From positions 143,964,001-144,028,000 of the forward strand of contig OX597816.1 of assembly GCA_951406725.2 (NCBI GenBank): 64,000 nucleotides of DNA, read 5' to 3'. The notes beneath the pieces are model-generated. The model saw only the letters and a program-made list of their open reading frames with translations. It ran no database searches and was not told the origin of the DNA. The position numbers were made by a program, and so were the translations under genes. This document shows positions 26,144-39,106 of the stretch, piece by piece (the stretch's first letter is position 1; every line of letters begins with the position of its first letter). The DNA is from Octopus vulgaris (Eukaryota).

Positions 26144-26841
26144 GTGTTTATGCGTATGGCTGTGTGGTAAGACGTGTGCGTGTGCGTGTGCGTGTGTGTG
26201 TGTGCGCGTGTGTGTCTAGGTGTAAATGATTCAATGTGTATTATGGTTGTATTAGTATGGTCAAATATACTTTTAACAGTGTGGGTGGGCTTGATAGCTT
26301 TTGAATGTTTGTCTCGACATGTGAATATTTGATGTGCTTGTGATGCATATACACAAAATTATATATATATATATATATATATATGATATGATATGATATG
26401 TTTGAGTACATGTGTATATGTACTTCTGTTTGTATGTGTGGGTTTAAGAGTGTGGCCTTGAATGATTTCGACTGAAGAAATATAAAAAGAAACGAAATTT
26501 AAGAGAGAAGAAAAAGAAAGAAAATCAACGAAGCTAGAATAAGGAAGTTCTGGAGTTGACTAACGCCCTACTTGTTCTATATAGCTTTGAGTATTAGGTC
26601 CTTGGCTTTCTACTGCTGTCTGTTCCCACGGTCTGCTGACCAAACAGGACATTTCGACTCAGCAACACTTTAACGAGTAAAAAAAGAACAACGACGACGA
26701 CGACGACGGCGGCGGTGGTAACGACATCGACGGTGACAATAGAGACGGCGGAAATGCTGAAGAAGTGTGTTGATGGTCAGAAAATTTTATGTTGGCACCT
26801 TCCACTCTTTCCCTCTCTCTTTCTCTCCCTCTTCCTCCCTC

Positions 26842-26882
<41 letters not shown>

Positions 26883-27499
26883 TCGAAATAATTACCAAAA
26901 ATTAATATATAAGTGAGCACACATGTATATAGATGAATAATCTAAGAACTTTGTGGCAACTTGGTGCACTACACTCATTCAAGGAAAAACTGGTCTCACT
27001 CTTTTATTCTTTTACTGAATTTTGTTATTATAGCGCGGCTATGCTAGGGCACCGTCTTCGAAAGATTTAGTTGAATATATATCGTAGTCGGTTATCGTTT
27101 AGCATTTAATTTATCAACCTGGGAAAGAGGGAAGGCAAAGTTAAGTCGGGAGGGATTTGATTACAAAATGCAATAGGATGTATCGTAATGCCACCATTAT
27201 ATTCTGTCCAAAACTTTGCCGAGTCTTCTAATTAATATCCTTTGTCAGTCTCTGGGTGTACAGAAACGTAAATGGTCTAGTGTATTAGGTGGAGGGCTAT
27301 GAACTCACAAGCTCGTGTCTTCAAATCAGTTTCTAGCGTTTCTGTCTTTTTTTTTCTTCTTTATTTTAACAGAAGCAGAAAATTAACTTTATAATGTGTC
27401 TTAGGTCACGTGACTGACAGGATTAAGTTCTATATCTTCGGGATTTAATTACTTGGGATAAACTCTCATTTGCAAACCATACTTTGTAGTCGGAGCTAA

Positions 27500-29313
27500 A
27501 AGGATGTGTCACAAGTACCAAATGGTATTTGAAACCAGCTCCACAAGGAAAAGGACAAACTTATTGTCTGGAGATAAGAGGATAGTCGTACGTATGTCTC
27601 TTCTATTTTTTAATTATTATAAATCTCCCACTGGGGAGGGAGCCGTTTTCCAACAAAGATACAAGGCTCCATCTTTGGGATGTAGTTAACACAGACAAAT
27701 TCACATTTGGAACTTGCGTATTTTTACCGTTCCACTCACAGATTGCATTTGTAATGTACGAATCAGCCGGTCGCTTTCTCTTTCTGAAAATCCCAGTTTA
27801 TCCAGATTCTCCTTTAAGCATTTACTAATAAAACCTGGTGCTTCAATTATTATTGGTATAAACATGAATTCGTATTCTGGATACAGAAGCTGGAGGTTTT
27901 GAAACAATTGTCCTCTTTTCTTTGATTTTTCTCTTTTTCTTTGATTTTCAAAGAGATATTTATATCTGCAAGGCAACTGACCTCTATGATGGTACATACA
28001 TTTGCCCCTCTGTCCCGAACAACAATATCCGACCTGTTATGTTTACATTTGACAGAAGTTTTGATGGGAATATTTCACCAATATTCCTTGAATTGTTGTT
28101 TATGAATGTATTCCTTTACAGAGGGATTTTCTAAGTTTATTTCAGGACAGTCTTTTTTGCGGAGGGCATTGTAAATTGTTTTAGCAACAACATCGTGCCA
28201 CATAGAGAGGTAGTATCGTGACGAAATTTTAGGACAGCTGCTAATCACATGCGTAATGTCTTCCACAGAAACATGACATAGCCTACACATGCGGTTGCAC
28301 CTTGGGATTACAAGACCGTCAGTTTGTCTTGTTCACCAGGTACTTTGTGGCAATCTCCTGTTCCTGGATTGCAAGCTCATAGCCTCCAAAGTGTGTTGTG
28401 ATGTAGTGGTCTTGTGTCCAAGAGAGGCTGCGCATCGTGTTTATTCTACTGTCTTCTTCAAGCCTCCGGGCAACATACCCATGTATGGTCTTTTTTTTTT
28501 GTATGCTGAGTGCTTTCCATCCAGGTCTTCTCTGAGGTAAGAGAGCCCAGCTATTTTGTAGCTGTATAGGAGATCATCAGGAAGAGAGTGTTCACTGCCA
28601 ACTCATATAATGTTGCTCACTTCACTTTTGAGCACTGCATTAATATATTTATTTTTGCTGTTGTTGTTTAGCAGGTGCTGCCTGAGTGATACCATACGGC
28701 ATTCGAAGGCCGTCTGCACTGATCTCAGGTCTCTACCATCTTCATTTCTTCTTAGTTAGAGCCGGTCAACATCACTGTTTCTGTGGAAGTTCCCAATTGT
28801 TGTCAGGATTTTGCAGGTTTTGATATCTATGGAGTGGATTTCCCCTACAGACCAAGCAAGTATCCCAAATGTTAGGATCAGCACTGGTGCTACAAATGCA
28901 TTGTGGGATATTGTTTTGTTGTAAGAGGAGAGTTCCGACTGCCATATTTTCCTTCGTCTGGTGTAATATTTTCGGGTCACTCTATCTTTATTCACTGTGC
29001 CTTCATATGATACATTTTTGTCTATGCCTAAGTACTTGTAACATTCTTTGTGTGGAATGGGTGAGATAGAGAGACCGTCGATGCACAGGTTTGGGGTTTG
29101 GGCGCTTGACTTTCCTCGTTCTGCAACCAAATATGAACATTTCTTTTGGTCAAATTCCATGCCTATATTAGCTGAAAATGTTATTTATTTCAATTGTTTT
29201 TTTGTTTTTTTGGCATTGTTAACACTCTTAGCATAAATCTTCAGGTCGTCTACAAAGAAATTATGAGTTACTTTCATACTTCTAGCAGTTGAAGATCCTA
29301 GCATGTAGCCATT
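27500..29313 (-). mobile_element. Decayed R4/Dong-like non-LTR retrotransposon (RT, CCHC knuckle, RLE)
   Basis: HNFFVDDLK (FVDD 29245-29256), MEFDQKKC, YKYLGI, CRLCHVSVEDITHVISSC, LQLLYPEYEFMFIPIII. Confidence 0.88.
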
Positions 29314-29401
29314 TGTATGTTTGTTTGTTTGTATGTATGTATGTATGTATGTATGTATGTATGTATGTATGTATGTATGTATGTATGTATGTATGTGAAG
29401 T

Positions 29402-29442
<41 letters not shown>

Positions 29443-29548
29443 GTGAGTAAGTAGGGGTGTAAACGGGGGGAAAGTTAATAGTACATTCATGTTCTAGAAA
29501 ACTAATTTTATGTAGGAATAAGTTTGTAACTTTCATACTTTAGGCAAT

Positions 29549-29685
29549 GTGTCTTGGGGAAATTTCGAACCTGGGTTCTCATTCCTAAGGTATTTTTCGA
29601 TCTTATTTCCCCACGGGCATATGGCGCAGTGCTTAAGAGCGCGGGCTACTAACCCCAAGATTCCGAGTTCGATTCCAGGCAGTGA

Positions 29686-29763
<78 letters not shown>

Positions 29764-29897
29764 CAATAATATCGAAAAATACCTTAGGAATGAGAACCCA
29801 AGTTCGAAATTTCCCTAATACACCCGTTGAAGGCTGGAGGGTATATCAGCCGAATGTAAATAATGCTCATAATTCCTCATCTCTTAAATATAGAACA
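29549..29897 (+). mobile_element. Non-autonomous element: 53-bp inverted duplication, tRNA-like head, (AAT)n and HHR-like remnant
   Basis: Arms 29549-29601 / 29771-29823 (3 mismatches). A box TGGCGCAGTG and B box GAGTTCGATTCC lie within 29615-29689. CCGTTGA-A-GGCTG..CAGCC-GAA at 29824-29854. Confidence 0.7.
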
Positions 29898-31908
29898 ATG
29901 TTATCAACTGTATAAATTAAGAGAAATACCTGAACTCAGAATCGAAACCAGTTCATGGACATAGCTCGACACCAGATTATTCATTGTTCTTTGTTATTAA
30001 TCAATAATGATTGTCTGTGAAACCTGTAAAATAGGTTCAAAATATAAATATTCTAATTGTTATTAGTTCTATTGCCAGTTGCCAACTGGTTTTATAAATA
30101 TATGGTGGAATGCGTGAGAACGAAAGTAATTATTTATGCACTTGAAGAAAATAAATCCCATTTGAAAGAAACCTAACTGCAATATGGCGGAGCATACAGA
30201 AATCCTGTTGTAAATATAATCATGGCAGGAATATCCTTCAAGAATTGTATCCAATTATAGAGAAATATAATTGTATGGCTTCGTCGAAAGACATTCCAAT
30301 GAACGTTTTATTTATTTTTTTTATAACGTCATCATTTATTCTATAATTAATGTTGTAGTGGATTTTGTGTAACTGACTTAATCCAGTTGGCTTGAAGCAA
30401 ATTACTTTACTAAAATGTATCACTTCATTTGCCAAAGGAAAATTACCTTTGTCTGCTCTGCTGCTGGCATTGTTATTGTTTAGTTTCAGGTCAACTCTGA
30501 TCGAAAAGACCTTTGATTAAATATATTTCATCCGTAAGAATTTTCTGTCCATTTTTTTAAGACGGCGAAGTTTGATTCGAATGAAATTTGACTGCTATTA
30601 CTAGGAGATTGATTGGCCACCTAGAGGTTCCTTTGCTTGCTCGTCTAGACTACTGGTACGATTTCATGGGGAATTCCTTCATATTACCTTCTTTTCTTTG
30701 CAGTAATTTTCGTTAACGTGAAACAATAACACCCAACTACAAAATCAAAGGCGAGAATTAAAATTTCACTGTAAAGTGAATGATTTAACGGTAATGATTT
30801 AAGGTGATCCATATGCTGAGGAATGTAACAAAAATCTTTAAGCAACACAATATAAAATCACAGACTCTTTTGCTGAGTATAGTGCTCATTGTTCCTTCCA
30901 TTTGCTTATCTCTTGACCATTTCTTGATGACGTTGCAACTAGATTTCGCCAATTTTCTCGGTCTTCTGTTGCACTCAGTGAGTCGGCGAAACTAGGACCT
31001 GTCCTTTCTTGATGTTAATCCGGGCGACGGCCGATCCGGTGGGGGCTATGGTCTGGTTGCCATCATCATGAATGCACGCCCTTGTTTTGAATCGGAGAGT
31101 AACGACCCATCGATCTTTGTCAAAGACTGAATTGTAACATTACACCATGAGTTCATCAAACGTCTTTGTTCTCTGCTGTCGGGGAGCTCGCTCCTTAGCT
31201 GGAAAATTGCAGCTGCTTTCCTGTTTCGCATAAAAATGTAGTCGAGGTACATCTTGCTTGCTATCACAGTGGATGTGACGCTTTTCTCAATATTCTCTTC
31301 GATTCTACCTACAAAATCCCCCTCGAATATAATAGTTTACATCTCTAGTTCTTCACTGAAACTAATAAATTCTACTCTAAATTCCATCTTTAACATTACC
31401 ACCTGCTATCCATTATTACTTACCGCCAATTCCCGCTTATTTAGCTCAGTGATCTCATTTCTTGGATCCCATATCTATGTTTATTGTAAGGGTAACAAAG
31501 TGTGGTCTGCATGGCCATCAATCAAGAATTATAGTGAAACTGTCAATACCATCTAGATTACCTAGCTTGTCCTAGTCCATATTGATGTTTTCGAGAAATC
31601 CAGTGATACTTATCAGACTTTTGGAAATGTCTGAGTAGGTTTGGTAAACTGTTTGTGTGCATCTCGGACACCATTACAACCGCCCACTAATACTAACGAG
31701 TTAGATATTCTTAGAAAGTTTTGTCAAGGTCTGAAGAAGTCTGATCATCCAGCCCTATTCAGTATATAAATGGCCTCTAGCTTTAAATCTATGCTTCTAT
31801 GTGAGGATCAGATGTTCGTCTTTCACTGAATGTTACCATATCTAAATTTTGTAAACTGACGTCCCTTGGAAGTGACTATACTTCCAGACATCACCAGATT
31901 GTCTAGAG

Positions 31909-32109
31909 CAGTGGTTTTCAACCAGGATTCCGCCAGTACAGTGCAGGGGTTCCGCAAGAAGTTACAAAACTGCTAAAATCAACAGTAATTTTTAAGTCTC
32001 CTGTGCAGATATGTGTGCATAAGACTATTAAATTATTGCACAGGGGTTCCTCGAGCCAGTGGAATGTTTCATTGGGGTTCCGCTCCAGCAAAAAGTTTGA
32101 AAAGCACTG
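31909..32109. mobile_element. hAT (Charlie-type) MITE
   Basis: TIRs CAGTGGTTTTCAA / TTGAAAAGCACTG; perfect 8-bp TSD GTCTAGAG at 31901-31908 and 32110-32117. Confidence 0.92.
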
Positions 32110-34215
32110 GTCTAGAGGAAAATAATCTTTTCCCATTTTAATTTTATTTTTATTTACGGCTCCCTAAACAGACTCAATATCAAGCTTTTAGCTAATTGAG
32201 AATTCTCTCTGACATTTGTACATACTTCTGCTTTGTTTCCCCCAGTACCATATAAACATAGCAGGTTTTAAGAGGAATGATTCCATCCACTCCACTTCTG
32301 CTTCTACATGTTTCTGTCATAATAGTAATAATAGTTATTAATATAAGCACAACGCCAGAAATTATGAAGTGGGAGATTAATTGATCACATTGGCCAGTAC
32401 TTGACTGGTACTTTATTTTATCGAACCCAGAAAGATTAAAGGAATTCGAACACACAACGTAAAGGGCCGCAACTAAGACATAAGGTCAGATGAATAGGTT
32501 CTACAATTTTCGATTTTCTTTCAATACTTATGAAAATGAAACAATGTTTATTGAAGGAATATGTTCATGGCTATAATTTACAATATCTTTTGATTAAATT
32601 ATTTATTCCCTTATGTTTATTCTCCGCAGCATCTATTCTCAGCTTGTTTATTCTGCAATGTTTATTCCCAGGCTGTTAGCGATTTATTTTAACGAAAACT
32701 ATATAGATTTTATACGCAGCAATTTAACTTACAGTTTTTTTTTTCACTGTTGTAACTACATGCAAATCCGATACAGTTGATTTTGCCTTGGAAGTCGACG
32801 AAATAGGTTTGAGGTAAGTATTGGGGTCAGTTTGATTATGTAACTCCCATACTCATACACACAAACACACACCTACACACAGATATATACACACCCACCC
32901 ACACACAGATACACACACACATGGTGGGGGAGCAATAAATGGATTTATATTTAGATACATCTTGTTTATCAATTGTATATTATTCATATCAGATTAACTC
33001 AAAATTGTACCAGAACGTATGTTCTCGGTACCCTTGACTTGCAATAATTCTAACAGTATTCATCCTGATGCCTGCTTATAAATACAGAGATAAATTCAGA
33101 GTTAACCTGTTTCGTGTTAGCCTACTATCAAGTGGAACGCTCGCTGAATACCTTCTCAGATTTCTTCTTAACCAAATTGTTTTATCGTTGGTCTGACAAC
33201 TTTGACAAGTTTCTCAGACATTTACAAATTACATGATTTCCTGTTTTCCGGAATGATAATTATATGCAAGCCAGTCCTCTATAATATAACAGGGAACCAT
33301 AGTCACGAGCAGCTTGATTCTGAAGTGATGTGGGTAAAAATGGAAATGGTATTTATTTTTAAAGATTCTGAAAGGTTAACCCTTTGCTTGTCCTGTGTAT
33401 CACATGCGAAAGGAAAGCTTAATATTACTCAGAAAGTCTGAAACAAAGGTTGGCTGAAAGTTTGAAAACAAGCGTAGACGTTTAGAAGAAACCTATGAAA
33501 ATGCTTTGGACAGACAAAAGGTTAATATTGATAATTTACAGGAAAAGCAGGAAAGGTTGTTTATATGAACGCAGAATCGAAATTAAACACCAAAATCAGA
33601 ATCTAACTCAGTAATTACAATATTGATTTACAACTGATTTCTTACACAAGTAGAGGTTCAGTTGCTTTGTAAGAAGGAACACAGAGTTGACTGGATGAAA
33701 CCAAGTGAACTACTACCGTATATTTTAACAACCACAAAATGGATCCGAATTCAATACTTTGAGGAACATAAATCAAAAGATTGCTTTGCTATGATTTGGG
33801 ACACTGAAATAGTTCTGATAACCTAACGCCTTAAAACAATTTTTTTATGACGAAGCCAAAAACATTGGAGAATGAAATATTGATGTCTAACTTAAGCCTA
33901 AGGTCATGCATTTAGAAGAAGTAAAGTCGATTGTTTGGACCATGGCACTGGACACTCTGACTAATGAAAAACAAAGTCGATTCTAGTAGGATTTGAATTC
34001 AGAGCGTAAAGGGATGTTACTAAATGTAAATTTATGTCGAACGAATGAAGAGTACTCAATACATGTTGTAAAGAAGATGGTTGTGCATGTGTGTATCTGT
34101 ATACACACACACACATATATACATCCATCCATCCATACATACATACACACATACATACATTCATACATACATACATACATACATACATACATGCATATAT
34201 ATATATATATATATA

Positions 34216-34585
34216 CTAGCAGTATCGCCCGGCGTTGCTCAGGTTTGTAAGGGAAATAACTATAAAGCATTTTTAGAGAGTTATAGCCCAAAAAATAGCA
34301 AAAAAATGGAAAAAAAACGATGGTAAATTTTTTTTTGAGAGTTAAAAAAGGTGGAGTTGCGTCCCCTAGACGGTCTGTGGTTTGGGTTTCTGATTCTCGA
34401 CCCCATGTCGAATTTATCGATTTTTTTCAGAACTGGGGAAACTTTTCAAAATTTTCGCTGCGTTAGTTTTGAATTATGACATTGGGCTATGTGTGTGTCA
34501 AGTTTCATCAGAATCGGTTGAAAGCCGTGGTCAGAGTGAGGGTACGAGAAAACAGACACACAGAAAACGCACAGACAAACTGCCG

Positions 34586-34590
<5 letters not shown>
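34216..34590 (-). mobile_element. Non-autonomous Helitron
   Basis: Minus-strand 3' end GAGCAACGCCGGGCGATACTGCTAG|T (GC-rich imperfect hairpin plus CTAG); 3' ~100 bp shared with 53709-54104; 5' end runs into (TA)n. Confidence 0.75.
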
Positions 34591-34666
<76 letters not shown>

Positions 34667-34668
34667 TG

Positions 34669-34748
<80 letters not shown>

Positions 34749-35470
34749 AGGGTAATCTCGCCTTTGAGGTTGAACTGGCAGCAGCAAAAACAACAACCGA
34801 CGCCAGTCAATGTACACAAATTGGTGTATGAGTAGTGAAGAAATTCGACGGAATTGACAAACCATTCAGAAAAAGCCTTTTTTTTTCTAGGGGCGAAAAA
34901 ACACTAGTGGATTAAAAGAGTTGAAAACATTAATGGCCAAAATAATGTTCATGCTTGAAACAAAAATTAGCTCTGAGAAATAAATCAGAGTAACCAGTGA
35001 CATGAATTTGAACGCCCAAAGACGAATAAAGTTACCGTAAATATCATACAAAATAAATTTTTTAGTTATTAAAATTATCTTCGCTTCTAGAGAACGCATA
35101 AAAATTGCCTCGTGAGAGGCAGCGAAACCTAATAAGTACAGTTTTATTCATATAAGCAAGGTATTTTACTACATTGAATGCACAACGATTCAACAGTTTG
35201 AAGGTACTATGACTTCATGCTTTTCTGAATTAAACAAAAACGACATGGAGACCTCAGGTATGCTGCATAAAGAAAATTCTTACCAGCATTGCGTAGCTGT
35301 GTGGTAAGAAGCCTCCTTCTCAACCACATGGTTCTGGGTTCAGTTCTATGCGTGGCACCCTCAGCAACTCTTTTCTATTATGGGTTGGGTCTGACCAAAG
35401 CATTGCGAGTGGATTTGGTTGACGGAAACTGAAAGAAGCCCATCGTTTATATATATATATATATATATAT

Positions 35471-36256
35471 ATCAATAATAAAGGGTAAAATCAATTAATT
35501 ATTAATTAATTTCACCAAGTAGTGTTCAGTATGTAAAAGGACCATTCAAGGTATATTCAAAATATTACGTTAATATAATTAGGGCTCAGTAAAATAATTT
35601 ACTTCGCCACATACTGAAATTTTTAGAAATAGCAGCCAAAAAGTTTTTTTAGCCATTTCTACTACTTTAAGAGCCCTAATTATATAACGTAATATTTTGA
35701 ATATGCCTTGAATGGTCCTTTTACATACTGAACACTACTTGGTGAAATTAATTAATAATTAATTGATTTTACCCTTTATTATTGATAATACAATTCCTTT
35801 CTCCTTGTTCTTTAATGCGGTTCTCACCGTTATAATCTGTTTACTCTATAACTCACGTGGATGGAAGCGGGAAGAACATGAATCTTCACTCGTACTGTTT
35901 GAATTTGCTGGCACTGGCAGTTTGGAGGTGTTTGTCTGAGGTGATTCATATCGGACGGGTATGTTCAATTTTTTAGTGCTTTCAAATCCAAATTAAGAAA
36001 TGTTGAGCTGACGAAAGAAATGTCGAGTTTTAATTCGACTAATCTAGAAACGTGAGCGTTCTCAAATAATCTTTGTACATGTGATATTTTGCTGTTTTCC
36101 CTCCATATCTACGTGAATTATTTTTGAGTGAAAACTATCTGGGAGACTTTTCTTAAAGTAGTAGAAATGGCTAAAAAAACTTTTTGGCTGCTATTTCTAA
36201 AAATTTCAATATGTGGCAAAGTAAATTATTTTACTGAGCCCTAATTATATAACGTA
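35471..36256 (+). mobile_element. Retrozyme-like or PLE-terminal non-coding unit (565-bp period) with a 5' inverted duplication
   Basis: 21-bp direct repeat GAGCCCTAATTATATAACGTA at 35671 and 36236. 35471-35672 is the reverse complement of 36151-36256 joined to 35692-35786. Flanked by (TA)n. Confidence 0.75.
36003..36065 (+). ncRNA. Type I hammerhead ribozyme motif
   Basis: Stem I TTGAG/CTCAA; CTGACGA 36008-36014; stem II AGA..GTCGA/TCGAC..TCT; GAAA 36047-36050; stem III ACG-tgag-CGT; predicted cleavage after GTT at 36060. Confidence 0.75.
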
Positions 36257-36334
36257 TATATATATATATTATTTTATTAAGTTTCAGCTCACGAGCTGTG
36301 GCCATGCTGGGGCACCGCCATTCAACTTCAAGCG

Positions 36335-36395
36335 TTCCCATGCCGGGAATCGAACCCGGGCCGCCTGGGTGAAAGCCAGGAATCCTAAACACTAG

Positions 36396-36402
<7 letters not shown>
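36335..36402 (-). pseudogene. tRNA-Glu(TTC) copy lacking the first 4 nt; head of a short SINE-like retrocopy
   Basis: Minus: ATGTAGTCTAGTGTTTAGGATTCCTGGCTTTCACCCAGGCGGCCCGGGTTCGATTCCCGGCATGGGAA. Anticodon and T arms are intact, 5' TCCC is replaced by (TA)n, and D-loop GG has become GT. Confidence 0.85.
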
Positions 36403-36428
<26 letters not shown>

Positions 36429-36817
36429 GTGTGTGTAGTGTTTGTGTGTGTTTGTGTGTATTTGTGTGTTTGTGTGCGTGTGTATTTGTCTCTAATCACC
36501 TGTTGACAACCGGTGTTGGTGTGTTTATGTCCCACTAACATAGCAGTTCGGCAAAACAAACCGATGGAATAAGTACCAGCCTCAACAAAAAATTAGTACC
36601 GAGATCGATTCATTCGACTAAAAAGATTCTTCAAGGTGGTGCCCCAGCATGGTCACAGTGTAATGACTGAAACAAATAAGACATGAAAGATATTACTTTC
36701 AGAGATGACAACACGTTTCTCTGAATTTTCACATCATCAGCCGCTAGTGAACTGAAGACATTTACTCCCTTAGTCACTAAATACAAAGCAGTTATTTAAT
36801 CACACAATATACAACAA

Positions 36818-37009
36818 GAAACGTTAGCAGGCCGGGCGAAATGCTTAGCGGCATTTCGTCTATCTTTACGTTCTGAGTTCTAATTCTGCCGCGGTCGACT
36901 TTGCCTTTCATCCTTTCGGGGTCGATAAATTAAGTACCAGTTGCGTACTGGGGTCGATCTAATCGACTGGCCCCCTCCCTAAAACGTTCGGGCATTGTGC
37001 TAGAAAAAG
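36818..37009 (+). mobile_element. SINE family A
   Basis: GTTCTGAGTTCTAATTC..GTCGACTTTGCCTTTCATCCTTTCGGGGTCGATAAATTAAGTACCAG. Confidence 0.88.
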
Positions 37010-37287
37010 CGGTCACAATACGTAATAAAATAATAGCTGTCTCAGAAAAGTAGTAGAAGTACTTTTAAAGAACAATATACACGAAGGACTTCCTTAGTTT
37101 CCGTCAACCAGATTCTTCTCAGAAGATATTAGTCACATCAAGGATATTGTAAAAAAAGAAAACACGTGACGTAAGTACCAGACAAGTATGATCGAACACG
37201 GAAGAGCGTAATTACTAATCTAAATTCTCAAACGCATAGTTCTGCCTGCACCTATTCATCATGTAACACAAATATTCAGCTTTGTGT

Positions 37288-37289
37288 TA

Positions 37290-37330
<41 letters not shown>

Positions 37331-37370
37331 CAACCATGATGATCGTGATGATGTTGACGACGACGACGAC

Positions 37371-37409
<39 letters not shown>

Positions 37410-37642
37410 GGTTATCATCATCAAAGTCATCATTGTCGTTTTCGTCGACGTCATCATCGCCGACACCACCACCACCACCACCACCACCACCACCACCCTC
37501 CCACTGCCGCCAAAACACCCCACCCCACCCCACCCACCACCATCATTACTATAATTATCACCGCCATCATTATCTCTGGAGCCACCAGCATCATCACTAC
37601 CACCAGCCACTCCCATCATCATAATAATAACTCCTAATAATC

Positions 37643-37680
<38 letters not shown>
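37288..37680. repeat. Compound (CAT)/(GAT)/(GAC)/(CAC)/(AAT) microsatellite
   Basis: Directly visible. Confidence 0.95.
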
Positions 37681-38111
37681 GCAAGCAAGTGTAATCACTT
37701 ATTCGAAACAGCTCAATTCGGAAGCTAATAGTTTGTGATGCCGGGTGGTATGAGGTTACTGACCAGATTCTGATGAATTTCACCATTAACTTTCAAAGCT
37801 GTAAGATTCACGGAAACAATGAAAGGCGCAACATATACTCACCATCTACCACACCCACCGTGACATAAAAATAACTTGAGCGTTATCTTCGCTTGGAATG
37901 TTAGAGATGGGTGTGTGTATGTGTGTATATGCGTGTGTGTTGTGTGTGTGTGTGTGTGTGTTATATGTGAGTGTGTGTGTTGTGCTGATTATATGATGCA
38001 TTTAAAACCATTACGGAAAAAAATTTCTTGTTCAATTTTACTTTGTAATTTGGATTTAATATGTCAGGTCAATGGTCTATACATCCATAATACATAAAGC
38101 ATAGCAAACAC

Positions 38112-38728
<617 letters not shown>

Positions 38729-38942
38729 CTTTTCTATTATAGGTACAAGGCCTGAAATTTATGGGGAGGAGGTTTGTCGGTTACATCGATCCCAGTGTTT
38801 CACTGGTACTCTATTTATCGAGCCCGAAAGGATGAAAGAAAAAGTCGACCTTGGCGGAATTTGAACTCAGAACGTAGCGACGGGCGGAATACCGCCTAGC
38901 ATTTCGTCCAGCGTCCTAATGATTCTGTCAGCTCACCGCCTT
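38729..38942 (-). mobile_element. SINE family A, near full length
   Basis: Minus strand starts GGCGGTGAGCTGACAGAATC; shared core present. Confidence 0.88.
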
Positions 38943-38979
38943 CGGCAAGTGACTGTGACAAACATGCAGATTAAAAGTA

Positions 38980-39056
<77 letters not shown>

Positions 39057-39106
39057 AGATGATGATGATGATGATGATGATGATGAAATACCAGGCAGTG
39101 GCTATG

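Larger units (their letters stand above)
35285..36690 (+). mobile_element. SINE family B carrying two nested insertions in its (TA)n
   Basis: Head 35285-35447 and tail ~36428-36690 are colinear with other family B copies. Confidence 0.8.

Noticed and set aside
36335-36402. Functional tRNA-Glu gene
   Set aside because: The acceptor stem lacks its first 4 nt, D-loop GG is mutated, and a SINE tail follows instead of a T-run terminator.
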